Position numbers and translations under genes: made by a program. From Deltaproteobacteria bacterium (lineage in GTDB: Bacteria > SAR324 > XYD2-FULL-50-16), in NCBI GenBank assembly GCA_018657625.1, contig JABHWU010000113.1, positions 10,101-42,100 on the forward strand: a DNA stretch of 32,000 nucleotides, written 5' to 3'. Position 1 is the first letter of the stretch. Each line of letters opens with the position of its first letter. A model generated the notes under the pieces. The model had not been told where the DNA came from. It worked only from the letters and a program-made list of their open reading frames with translations, and did not search any database. Positions 1 through 9,410 of this stretch are shown in pieces.

Positions 1-140
1 ATGATCCTATTGGTTTCCATGTCAGGAAAAACTTCCTGGGTTATTGTCATCGCTGAATAAATACCTCCAGCAACAATAAATATCAATAAAACATTTGCGG
101 CTACGGCATTTCGTGCCATCCAATCAATTGCTGCTTTCAT
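1..140 (-). CDS. RND efflux inner-membrane transporter, N-terminal fragment (runs off window edge)
   Basis: Reverse complement reads MKAAIDWMARNAVAANVLLIFIVAGGIYSAMTITQEVFPDMETNRI, the typical AcrB/HAE1-family N-terminus (MARN.VAAN...QEVFP). It lies just downstream of a co-directional adaptor gene. Confidence 0.85.
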   Translation of the reverse strand, partial: MKAAIDWMARNAVAANVLLIFIVAGGIYSAMTITQEVFPDMETNRI

Positions 141-149
141 GGGATCCTT

Positions 150-1436
150 TTAGTCGTGAGGATTATTCTGTTTGCTTTTGATCTTTCTGGTTTTCTGTTC
201 CTGGTTAGATCCTTTAGTTCCTTTTTTAGCGCTCCGGTTTTTTGTCTTTTTTGGGCGGGCGTTCTTTTTAGAAGGTTCTCCAAAAATACTCAATTTCATA
301 CCGGGAACAGCAGCCTGAATATTGGAGGTAACAATTTGATCATTGTTCTTAAGACCATCTGCTAAAAAATAGCTTTGATTGTTTTTACGAATAATAGAAA
401 CAGTTTGTATTGCCAAACGGTTCTGTTTGGTGACTTGCCAAACGGTGGAATTAGATCTTAAGGCTTCATGGGGGATGCTGATAATGTTTTCTAAGTTAAT
501 TCCCTGTATCGTCACATCAACGAATAAACTAAAAGGTAAAATAAAGTCATGGTTGGAATTAATATTTTGGACCTCAATAATAACTGTAGCCATCTTACCC
601 ATATTATCCATTTCTCTGAGCTGTCGGTCTACATAGCCATTCCATTGATGTACGGTATTACCGATTTTTTTTGAGACCACCACTGATGATCCCTGCTGCC
701 ATTCCCCTGATTCGTCGCCAGCTAACTTAATCCAGGCCAGGTCAGATAGTGGTAGAAGAACTTTTAAAATAACGGGTTTATCCTTAATAATCTCTCCAAC
801 AGATTGTCCACCATTAACAAATTGACCAATTGAGATTTTTGCCGAGCGTACATATCCTCTGAATGGTGCATAAACAGTAGTACGCTTTAGATTTAATTCT
901 GCAGTTTTGTAATTTGCATTAGCGGCATTCAGGGTAGATTTAGCTTTTTCTACTTCACTATCCCATTGTTTAACATTAGGCATCTTAAAATCGGAATTAC
1001 TTTTTTGAAATAATTCTCGCTCTTTAATAGAGGCATTTTGTTTTCCTTTCGCGATGATAAGGTCATTTTTAGCTTTGACCAAAGTTGAATGTGCCTGCTC
1101 TGCCATTAAACTATAATCAGTAGGATTAATTTTAAAAACAGCTTCATCTTTATCGGTGCGACCTCCCTCGACAAAATCTTGATTGACCCAGATAATTTTT
1201 CCTTTAATTTCAGAAGATAAAAGCAGAACGTCGGTTGATTGCGTTGTCGCAGTAGAATGAATTTGAACCGGTTGATTTTGTTTTTTAACAATAATTGTAC
1301 GAACCAGAGTTGTTTTTTCCTGTGGCATTTTTTTACTGCGAGGTGGTTTACGGTTACTGATTAGAGCAAATGTGACAGTAATTCCAACCAGTAATATGAT
1401 AAAAGGAAGGGCAATTCGCAGGTGTTTTTTTTGCAT
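150..1436 (-). CDS. Efflux RND transporter periplasmic adaptor subunit (HlyD/MFP family)
   Basis: 428-aa ORF with an N-terminal TM anchor, the lipoyl-like motif VYAPFRGYVRSAKISIGQFVNGGQ and a coiled-coil hairpin, directly upstream of the RND pump fragment. Confidence 0.85.
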   Translation of the reverse strand: MQKKHLRIALPFIILLVGITVTFALISNRKPPRSKKMPQEKTTLVRTIIVKKQNQPVQIHSTATTQSTDVLLLSSEIKGKIIWVNQDFVEGGRTDKDEAVFKINPTDYSLMAEQAHSTLVKAKNDLIIAKGKQNASIKERELFQKSNSDFKMPNVKQWDSEVEKAKSTLNAANANYKTAELNLKRTTVYAPFRGYVRSAKISIGQFVNGGQSVGEIIKDKPVILKVLLPLSDLAWIKLAGDESGEWQQGSSVVVSKKIGNTVHQWNGYVDRQLREMDNMGKMATVIIEVQNINSNHDFILPFSLFVDVTIQGINLENIISIPHEALRSNSTVWQVTKQNRLAIQTVSIIRKNNQSYFLADGLKNNDQIVTSNIQAAVPGMKLSIFGEPSKKNARPKKTKNRSAKKGTKGSNQEQKTRKIKSKQNNPHD

Positions 1437-1743
1437 TTTTTTTGACTTTCTAAATCATTGCGTTATTATCTTGAAAAAAAAGAATATCTGACTTTTAATT
1501 AACCATTAATCAATCATACTGACAAGTTGATAATAACAATGAATCTTAAAAGTTTGTGAATATTTTGTAATGAAATGTAACAAAATGTAATTTTTAAATT
1601 TTATTTTTAATATTTTTAACTTTATGGTTATAGTGTATCAATAATTTTTAATCTAAAGTCGAAAGTCTGATTGAATTTTATTCCAATATCAGTATTATGA
1701 AGGTTCAACTTCACAGTTAATATTAAATTTTCAGGAGATTAAA

Positions 1744-2766
1744 ATGAATTTGTCTTCCAATTATAATAAAGTGTATCATTTAAAGTTTTTTTTGTGGATC
1801 GGATTAAGTATTATTTGTTTATATGGGGTTGCATCAGCCCAGGATATACAACGATTAACCATTAAACCGCAAAAATTGGAAATCTATCACTCTTATGAAG
1901 GTTATATTGAACCTTTTGAACGAGTAATCGTAAGATCTGAAACCAGTGGTACCATTGAGAAAACAACTTTTGAAGAAGGCAAAGTTGTAAAGAAAAACCA
2001 GATTCTGGTTAATGTTTCTACTGAACGATTGGCATTGCAGGAGCAATTGGCCAATTCAAACTATAAACTTGCGGAGTATGAATACCTGGCGCAGAAACAA
2101 TTGTTTGATCAGAATGTTTCATCCGCTTCCTCATTGAACAGCTACATTAACAAACGTGATGTTGGAAAAATACAACTGGAACTGGCTAAATTGGATCTGG
2201 AAAAGTCCAAAGTAAAATCTCCCATTACCGGGGTTGTTAAATCGAAATTGATTCAGACAGGTGAAACAGTTAATGCTAACCAAAATCTTTTGGAAGTAAT
2301 GAACGTTTCAAAAGTATTGGCTAAAATTAATATCCCCGGCAATGATATGTTTTTTGTTTTTCCGGGAAAAACCATGAGGGTTAGGATCAGTGCTTTACCA
2401 GGTTTAGTTTTTGATGGTAAAGTTCATACTTTGGGTCAGGAAGCGGACAAGCAAACCCAGCAGTTTCCAGCTGAAATCATTATTGAAAACCCTAGAGGCC
2501 AGCTATTTCCTGGAATGGACGTTTATGTGGAAAGTCGAACCATCCATATGGAAAACCAGATTTTAATCCCCCGTGCGGCTGTAATGGATTTAAATAAATC
2601 ACCAAATGTATATGTGCTAAAAAATAATAAAGCCAGCAAACGCCAATTGAAACTGGGAACCATTATGATTGATAGTGTTCAGGTAATGTCAGGTCTCAAA
2701 TTTGGAGAGCTGATAATAATATCAGGATTGGATTCTATTCGGGAAGGCATGATTGTAGGTAATTAG
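1744..2766 (+). CDS. Second HlyD/RND-type periplasmic adaptor protein, divergent from the RND operon
   Basis: 340 aa with signal peptide; motifs VRSETSGTIEKTTFEEGKVVKKNQILV and VKSPITGVVKSKLIQTGETVNANQNLLEV. Confidence 0.8.
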   Translation: MNLSSNYNKVYHLKFFLWIGLSIICLYGVASAQDIQRLTIKPQKLEIYHSYEGYIEPFERVIVRSETSGTIEKTTFEEGKVVKKNQILVNVSTERLALQEQLANSNYKLAEYEYLAQKQLFDQNVSSASSLNSYINKRDVGKIQLELAKLDLEKSKVKSPITGVVKSKLIQTGETVNANQNLLEVMNVSKVLAKINIPGNDMFFVFPGKTMRVRISALPGLVFDGKVHTLGQEADKQTQQFPAEIIIENPRGQLFPGMDVYVESRTIHMENQILIPRAAVMDLNKSPNVYVLKNNKASKRQLKLGTIMIDSVQVMSGLKFGELIIISGLDSIREGMIVGN

Positions 2767-2807
2767 TAAATTGTTAATCATTTTTTTAAAATAACCAGCT
2801 TGCAAAT

Positions 2808-2843
2808 TGACACCCCCTGTTCCCGTCGGAATAGGGGGTGTCA
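2808..2843 (+). terminator. Strong hairpin downstream of the adaptor gene (terminator-like, no clear U-tract)
   Basis: TGACACCCCCT-G-TTCC-CGTC-GGAA-T-AGGGGGTGTCA: 11-bp perfect outer stem, a G.T wobble, a 4-bp inner stem and a 4-nt loop, about 40 nt after the stop codon at 2766. Confidence 0.6.
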
Positions 2844-2961
2844 GCCTATCTGCTGCTCTCCTTTTTTCCTTATAAAAAAGATAGTATACGACCAGAAAGG
2901 ATCTCCTAAGCCAAATCCAAAGATCGATTTAAAATAATGCGTATTTCCTAAAGAAGTATAT

Positions 2962-3225
2962 TTATTCGGTTGGTGTCTTTTTTGGAAACATCCTCATTTG
3001 GAATTTCTGTAATTCGCCCATGGTGTTAAAATCGATGGCATCGCCGCTCTTGATCTCAAAATGATCTAGAGTTTCCTGGGTAAACATGATCCGATTACCT
3101 TCAAGCGTAACATATGGCATTATGCCTTCATCCATCATTTTTTCAGCCTGTTTGAGCATTTCTTGCTCTTGAGTGCCCATTTCTCGTTCAACTACTTTAA
3201 ATCCATCTGCCTTTTTTTGTTTCAT
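2962..3225 (-). CDS. Hypothetical protein, 87 aa
   Basis: Complete small ORF flanked by intergenic sequence, with normal-looking composition. Family not recognised. Confidence 0.55.
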   Translation of the reverse strand: MKQKKADGFKVVEREMGTQEQEMLKQAEKMMDEGIMPYVTLEGNRIMFTQETLDHFEIKSGDAIDFNTMGELQKFQMRMFPKKTPTE

Positions 3226-3344
3226 TTTTCCCTTGTTACTTTTTTAATTATCTTACTATTGGTTTTTCAGTGATTATCTTTTCTTGTTTTGAAAAACAAG
3301 TCCTTTTTTGAAGTTGAACTAGCGCCTCATTCCTGATTCAGATT

Positions 3345-4715
3345 TTAGAAGAACGTGATATCACCATCTGGATCTTCATCATGTTGACTACTGTCGTTAT
3401 TTTCCAAACTGTCTTTGTTTGTTACTTTATCGTGTGTTTGGTACTGCTTTGAGATAACATATAATTTTTGAAATTGTTCAATGTCGAATTTTGTTGTACT
3501 TTTTATTTGATTCTCCTGATTTTGTGCGATGTCTGACAAATACTGCTGATATAATGTCAGTCCTTTTACAACCACTTCTATTTGTTGTTGAGTAATATCT
3601 TGAAACTGAATTGTTGTGAAAGATTCCTGTACTTTGTCAGAAACTTCTTTGCTGTTGATATCTAATTGTTGCAATGTTTGCTGATGTACTTCTACAAGTT
3701 GATCAAACTCCGATGCCAGGTTAGATAGTTGGCTATTTACATCTTTTAAGACAGTTGATTCATTTTCCTGCTGCTTGGTATCCAGCTTATGGGAGAAACC
3801 GTTCTCAATATTTACGATCAATTGTGTTATCGCAGATTCAATCTTTTTACTAGCTTGAGCTGATTCATAGGATAGGTTTCCAACCTCACTAGCGATGACA
3901 CCAAATTGATTACCGGACTCGCCTGACTTACCGGCAACGACTTTAGCATTAATCGCTAATATTTTGGTTTGATGGCTGATGCGTTGAATTAAAGCTGTCA
4001 AGTTAGACAATGAATGGGCCTGCTGAATCAAAGACTGCATTAATTCCTGATCGGTTTGAATTTCAGTTAATTTTTTGTCCAATACTGTTTGGATACTATT
4101 AACCATTTCCTTGTTTTTATTTTTAGAATTGATGATCGCCTCAGAATATTGTTCACTTTGATCTTTTTCCTTTAAAACAATATCCCGTAATTCTTTCATT
4201 GATTCAAAAATGGTAATAAACTCCTCAATTAGCTCTGATGCTGCTTTATTTGTGTCATCGGTTACTGTTTTTAAATGTTCTTCGATCATTTTTTGGGTGA
4301 TTCCGTATGCTTCAAAAACGTCTCTCAATATGCCTTGATTTTCCTCGTTACCGGTGTCTTTGATTTTAGATATTTTTAGTGATATCTGTTGATTATTTTC
4401 ATTTTTGGAACTGTCTTCAGCGATTATTTGTTGTTTTTTGATAGTTGGCGAATCTGTGATTGTTTGATCTGATTCAATTTCCCTAGTCTGATTGCTAAAG
4501 GTTTCTCTTTCAATATTTTTCAATGACTTAAAGTTAACGATAATAACAACCAGGCAGGTTAATAATACTATAATAGCAGTTAACAGGCTGAATAAGCTTA
4601 GTTCCTGATCATTAGAGGAGTATAAATTGGTTAGCAACCAATAGGTTGCAGCTCCAAAAAAAGTAGAAGAGATTGTGATCTGAAAAAACAGGTGGCTTAA
4701 TTTACTTTTTTTCAT
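3345..4715 (-). CDS. MCP-like coiled-coil membrane protein with a degenerate signalling hairpin
   Basis: Two N-terminal TM segments, then long coiled coil containing HQTKILAINAKVVAGKSGESGNQFGVIASEVGNLSYESAQASKKIE, which aligns with the MCP tip consensus (..[29 protein letters not shown].LA). Confidence 0.7.
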   Translation of the reverse strand: MKKSKLSHLFFQITISSTFFGAATYWLLTNLYSSNDQELSLFSLLTAIIVLLTCLVVIIVNFKSLKNIERETFSNQTREIESDQTITDSPTIKKQQIIAEDSSKNENNQQISLKISKIKDTGNEENQGILRDVFEAYGITQKMIEEHLKTVTDDTNKAASELIEEFITIFESMKELRDIVLKEKDQSEQYSEAIINSKNKNKEMVNSIQTVLDKKLTEIQTDQELMQSLIQQAHSLSNLTALIQRISHQTKILAINAKVVAGKSGESGNQFGVIASEVGNLSYESAQASKKIESAITQLIVNIENGFSHKLDTKQQENESTVLKDVNSQLSNLASEFDQLVEVHQQTLQQLDINSKEVSDKVQESFTTIQFQDITQQQIEVVVKGLTLYQQYLSDIAQNQENQIKSTTKFDIEQFQKLYVISKQYQTHDKVTNKDSLENNDSSQHDEDPDGDITFF

Positions 4716-4983
4716 TTTTTAAATATCCTGATTATATCTCATTAATTGTATTGCTGAAGTAATATTTTTTAGATGATTATACTCTATAAACTACATCCTG
4801 ACCAACTTTTTTGACAATACTTATGATTTGATTGTCATAAATAACAATAAATGCCGATGAATTAAGTTTGCTGCATTTACCATCTTACCACTTGTTATAG
4901 AAACTGGGAGGCAAACTGGGAAACTAGTTGCGAAATTGCAATATGTCGAAAATTAATTAAAAAATATCATTAAATATTGTCGG

Positions 4984-6771
4984 CTATGTACGTAGAAGTG
5001 GTGGTTGATCTTCGTAGGGCATCTCGATTATAAATTCGGTTTCATGACCTGGTATACTATTGCAAATAATTTTGCCATTCAGTGTTTGAGTGACAAGATT
5101 AAATACGATATGCAGACCTAATCCGGTCCCCCCTTTCCCTCGTTTAGTAGTAAAAAAAGGTTCAAATACTGATATTGCTGTTTTTTCATCCATACCTCTA
5201 CCGGTATCCCGGTAAGAAAATACCAGGTTATTACTTGAAATCGATACATCTAGTACAATCGTTCCTTGTTCAATTCCTTCGAATCCATGAAGCAGAGAAT
5301 TCATAATAAAATTGGTTATAATCTGAGCAAACACACCAGGATAGCTAAAAATTTGCATTTCTTCCGGGCAGTGAACGACAACAGAATGTTTGGTTCGTTT
5401 TAATTGAGACTGTAGACTCGATAAAACCTCATTGATATATTGCTTCACATTAAACAGACGTTTTTCTTCCAACATCTGATCCACAGCCACATCTTTGAAA
5501 CTTTTAATGATATTACCAGCCCGTGTGAGGTTCTTTAAAATACTGGCAGAACTGTTGAGTGCATTATCCATGTATTTTTCAAAAGTGGCTTGAGTGAGCG
5601 CATCAGACTTAAATGCCGAATGGCACTCTTTCGTAATATCCTTCAGAAATGAGGCTTCAGTCACACCAATTCCGAGTGGTGTGTTGATTTCATGGGCGAC
5701 ACCAGCTACCAGACTACCTAATGATGCCATTTTTTCGCTTTGGATCATATGGTCTTGCGTTTGTTTCAATTCTATTAGCGACTGATTGAGTTCCCGGGTA
5801 CGATCTTCCACTTGATCTTCCAAAGTGTCATATGCTTCTTGTAGACGATTCTGATGTTTTTCCAATTCAGTATTTAAATGTTTTTTTTCAGTAAGTGCGT
5901 GTTGCAGATCAATCGTATTCTGTTCTAATTCATTGGTCCGTTTCTGAACAATTTGTTCCAGATGTTGATTGATATCAAGCCATTTGTCACGCGCCTTTTT
6001 TAAGTTATCAACCATAAAATGAAACCCTTCCTCTATGATTTTAAGTTCATTTCGTCCGGAAGTTTTGATATCCAGATTGAAATCACTCAGGTTATCAAGG
6101 TTTAAACGTGTTATGGCATTAGATAATATGGAAAGCGGGCGATTTAAATAAACACGGGCAAACAATAAGAAAATGAACCATAAAGCCAGTGACTTGATCA
6201 AGGCACTAACAATGATTAACAAAAAATCCAGCTTAACTCTCTGGTATACGATATTAGTATTTGAATGTAAGGTTACACTGCCGATCTCAATTTTTCCCTT
6301 GGTATCCTGGTAGATTAGAGGGAAGCGGTAGGAAAATGCTTCAGAAAAAAACCTATCTATAATTTTATTGGGATGTTGTTTTTTCTGATAATAAACAGTT
6401 TCCTGCTTATCGATATTGTTTGAGAGACTGGTTTGTGATGAATTCCCAACGATACCAGCGGTAATATCAGCTATCATATCGGCTTGTACCGTAATACCTG
6501 TGAGAAAGGAAACACGTTGTAAAGCTGTAACCAATGTCTGCAGGTTTTTTTCATCACCATTCCAGACACTTTGTGATAAGACAGAGCCGAACATTTCCTG
6601 AAAGGAAGTTATATCACGAATAATGGTGTCTTTTGTTTCATAATATTCCGTTGACATATGAAACCCGGTCAAGAGCGTTGTTATTACTAAATAGGTTGAA
6701 AACACCATCATTAATAACCTGGTAGTAATCGAATTTTTGATTGAAACGACAGAATAATTCAGCATGGGCAC
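4984..6771 (-). CDS. Membrane sensor histidine kinase (HAMP-like region, HisKA, HATPase_c)
   Basis: 595 aa. H-box SLGSLVAGVAHEINTPLG, N-box QIITNFIMNSLLHGFE, G-boxes DTGRGMD and GKGGTGLGLHIVFNLV; N-terminal TM segments and a predicted periplasmic domain. Confidence 0.9.
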   Translation of the reverse strand: MPMLNYSVVSIKNSITTRLLMMVFSTYLVITTLLTGFHMSTEYYETKDTIIRDITSFQEMFGSVLSQSVWNGDEKNLQTLVTALQRVSFLTGITVQADMIADITAGIVGNSSQTSLSNNIDKQETVYYQKKQHPNKIIDRFFSEAFSYRFPLIYQDTKGKIEIGSVTLHSNTNIVYQRVKLDFLLIIVSALIKSLALWFIFLLFARVYLNRPLSILSNAITRLNLDNLSDFNLDIKTSGRNELKIIEEGFHFMVDNLKKARDKWLDINQHLEQIVQKRTNELEQNTIDLQHALTEKKHLNTELEKHQNRLQEAYDTLEDQVEDRTRELNQSLIELKQTQDHMIQSEKMASLGSLVAGVAHEINTPLGIGVTEASFLKDITKECHSAFKSDALTQATFEKYMDNALNSSASILKNLTRAGNIIKSFKDVAVDQMLEEKRLFNVKQYINEVLSSLQSQLKRTKHSVVVHCPEEMQIFSYPGVFAQIITNFIMNSLLHGFEGIEQGTIVLDVSISSNNLVFSYRDTGRGMDEKTAISVFEPFFTTKRGKGGTGLGLHIVFNLVTQTLNGKIICNSIPGHETEFIIEMPYEDQPPLLRT

Positions 6772-6881
6772 GCTCTTGTTATATTACAAAAAAACTGGAA
6801 CTGTTTAATAAAGGTGATTGCTCACCTTTATCACATTCAGAACGATAAATCGAAATTCTGATTATTTTTAAAAAACTACAA

Positions 6882-7631
6882 TTAATGGATATTATAATTT
6901 TTCAATATTTTTCCGTATTGTTCAGTTAATTTTAATTTTTCTATTGCTTGATTAAACTTTTCCATAAGCTTGAGATGATCTTTTACTTTTGAAAAACCAA
7001 TATACAGGGGATCTTTGGTAACACTGGGTTCTAAGAAAACGATGCTCTTAGAAAACTTTAGCTGCCTGGCATGAAAATTTATGACATATCTATTACCGAT
7101 TCCAACTTCAAATCTTTTCAACTTGAATTTCTTGGCTAAGGAACGATCGCTGATTGCTTCTTCTTTGATGAGATAATCAACCTGATCAAATGCCTCTCCG
7201 TAGCTATAGTTACTCACTACGCCAATTTTATAAGGGATTAAATCGCGAAAGTTTCCACTGTAATTAATTCCGGATTGTTTCCAGGTAAAGAAACTGTTTT
7301 CTTCCAAAGCCAACGCAAACCTAGGGAAATATAGGAAGGATTCTCTGTCTTTTGTTTTAAATAGCGGCATGATAGCATCAACATTTCCAACTTTTGCATT
7401 GTAGAGCATGCGTTTCCAGGGGAATTGCCTATAGGATGTTTTATATCCAAGTTCTTTTGCTATATAATCGATGATGTCAATGCAAACACCGACCAGCTTC
7501 CCATCCTTTTTAAAATAATAAGGTGGATAACCAGTGCTAGTCCCTATCACAATTTCTTTTGGTTCCGCATGCGTCATTTCCCCACTGAATAAAAAGAAGC
7601 CTAAGAAGATCAATAATAATGAATATTTCAT
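6882..7631 (-). CDS. Periplasmic solute-binding protein family 3 (SBP_bac_3)
   Basis: Signal peptide, then IVIGTSTGYPPYYFKKDGKLVGVCIDIIDYIAKELGYKTSYRQFPWKRML and MEKFNQAIEKLKLTEQYGKILKNY, typical of the family. Confidence 0.85.
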   Translation of the reverse strand: MKYSLLLIFLGFFLFSGEMTHAEPKEIVIGTSTGYPPYYFKKDGKLVGVCIDIIDYIAKELGYKTSYRQFPWKRMLYNAKVGNVDAIMPLFKTKDRESFLYFPRFALALEENSFFTWKQSGINYSGNFRDLIPYKIGVVSNYSYGEAFDQVDYLIKEEAISDRSLAKKFKLKRFEVGIGNRYVINFHARQLKFSKSIVFLEPSVTKDPLYIGFSKVKDHLKLMEKFNQAIEKLKLTEQYGKILKNYNIH

Positions 7632-8084
7632 GGTAACCTTTGCGAATTAAACAAACTTATTAATTATTGCGAAGCTCCGGATATAATACCCCGCCGCTTA
7701 CGGCGTAAATATTAACAAATGAACTAAATTTCGATTAGTGTAGTTAATACTCCGCTGCTTGCGGCGGGGTAGTTCATTATTTGGCAGCTGTTGTAATCAA
7801 TCTGGTAGTTGTATCGAATGAAATTACCTATATTCATGATAAAAAATCGATTAACTTTAGATTAAGTTATCACATTTGAGAATGAATTAATACTATCTTT
7901 TTATGAAGTAAAAATGTCGAACAACTGCTTTTTCAACTTATTGATCTAGTTTTCATAAAATTAGAATTGATCATATTCGAATGTATAATTTGCTTTTTGA
8001 TCGATTATAGAAATAGTAATTTGACCGGACCTATCTAAAAATGATATTATTAACATCAAAAAGTAATTAAGAAAGGAAAATGTT

Positions 8085-8870
8085 ATGTTTTATTTTATAA
8101 AATCAATTTTCTATCGCATACTGATAACTAGTTTATTAGTGACGATGATGAATATTGAGCTGGGTGCCACCCCGAAAATACGTGTTGTCTACACAGAATG
8201 GTTCCCATATACGTTTGAGGAGCAGGGAAAGGCTTCAGGTTTTGAAATTGATATATTCAAGGCGATAATGAAACGTATGGGAATTCCGGTTGAATTTGGG
8301 CGCTATCCTTGGAAACGTTGTCTGGATCACTTAAAAAAAGGTAAAGCAGACGCGCTGATTTCTATGCTGTATACCAGTAACCGGGAGCAATATACTTACT
8401 TTGCTAAAGAACATATCAGCGTATCCCGTACCATATTTGCTACCACTAAAAATCGACAAATATCCTTTAATGGCGCACTTGAAGATTTACGCAGCTATGT
8501 GATTGGGTACATAATGGGATTTAGCTATGGGCAGATGTTTGATACTGCTGATTATTTGAATAAAGATTCTGCTACAAATGTCCAGGGACTTATCAAAAAA
8601 CTGATCAAAGGGCGAAATGATCTGATCGCTGAAAATGAGGTTGTGCTGAGATCTTCTGCTTTTAAATTAGGTGTGTTAGGTCAAATCAAGTTTATTGAAC
8701 CTCCTATTCACATTCAGAATCTGTTTGTTGGGTTTTCAAAGGTAAATGGGTTGGAGGAACTTTCCATTCAATTTTCCAGAGAACTATCAAGTTTCAAAAA
8801 ATTAAAACAATATACCAAAATTCTGGCTCAATACAATATTCCCCACACCAATATGGGCACCCCCCATTGA
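8085..8870 (+). CDS. Periplasmic solute-binding protein family 3 (SBP_bac_3), paralogous to 6882-7631
   Basis: IRVVYTEWFPYTFEEQGKASGFEIDIFKAIMKRMGIPVEFGRYPWKRCLDHLKKGKADALISM. Same architecture and C-terminal pattern (YTKILAQYNI) as the neighbouring gene. Confidence 0.85.
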   Translation: MFYFIKSIFYRILITSLLVTMMNIELGATPKIRVVYTEWFPYTFEEQGKASGFEIDIFKAIMKRMGIPVEFGRYPWKRCLDHLKKGKADALISMLYTSNREQYTYFAKEHISVSRTIFATTKNRQISFNGALEDLRSYVIGYIMGFSYGQMFDTADYLNKDSATNVQGLIKKLIKGRNDLIAENEVVLRSSAFKLGVLGQIKFIEPPIHIQNLFVGFSKVNGLEELSIQFSRELSSFKKLKQYTKILAQYNIPHTNMGTPH

Positions 8871-8976
8871 CAAACTGTGTCACAATAGCGAAACAACGAT
8901 TTTTTCCAGAGCTTGTCATTGCAAACATATTAGAAGGGACGCAGTTGTATTGGTTGTTCATAAACTTAGTTTTTAG

Positions 8977-9276
8977 TTATTTTTCCAGAATCAAGGGTTG
9001 CAAACCAGGGGCTTCATGACAAAACGCTTTGGCCATTATATGAGCGTTATTAATATGTTTAGTGAGTTTGTTTCGTTTTAAAACAACGCCATACTTTTTA
9101 CTGTTGATTAAAATGCCGTTCTCTCTGAAGGCCACAACTAGATAATCAATAAAACCGGCATCATTACAGCGATAATGATAATGTCCCTTGTTATCTTTGA
9201 ACAGAAATTCAAAAGCATTGGCTGAAAAAAGCGGGAGGAGAACCAGAAGAAGTATCAGGATAATTGTCTTTTTCAT
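8977..9276 (-). CDS. Small exported hypothetical protein (99 aa)
   Basis: The track ORF (to 9405) contains an internal ATG giving a clean signal peptide, MKKTIILILLLVLLPLFSANA, so the start at 9276 is preferred. It lies immediately downstream of cbiL. Family not recognised. Confidence 0.55.
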   Translation of the reverse strand: MKKTIILILLLVLLPLFSANAFEFLFKDNKGHYHYRCNDAGFIDYLVVAFRENGILINSKKYGVVLKRNKLTKHINNAHIMAKAFCHEAPGLQPLILEK

Positions 9277-9410
9277 CAAAACCGTTTGGTTTAAAACTTT
9301 TAAAAGATAAATATTTGGTTGAATTGAGATATTAAATATACAAGATATATGCAATTCCCCTTTCAACCAGATATTTTTAAAAGTTCTATAGAGTCGGTTA
9401 ACCAAACGTA

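Noticed and set aside
156-636. ORFs 156..365 (+) and 379..636 (+)
   Set aside because: They are antisense to the well-supported adaptor CDS, with low-complexity or non-genic composition.
1106-2046. ORFs 1106..1291 (-) and 1855..2046 (-)
   Set aside because: The first is in an alternate frame of the first adaptor CDS and the second is antisense to the second adaptor CDS. Neither shows recognisable motifs.
5594-7450. Short ORFs 5594..5785, 6416..6601 (+) and 7238..7450 (-)
   Set aside because: They lie inside the sensor kinase and SBP genes in other frames, with no independent support.
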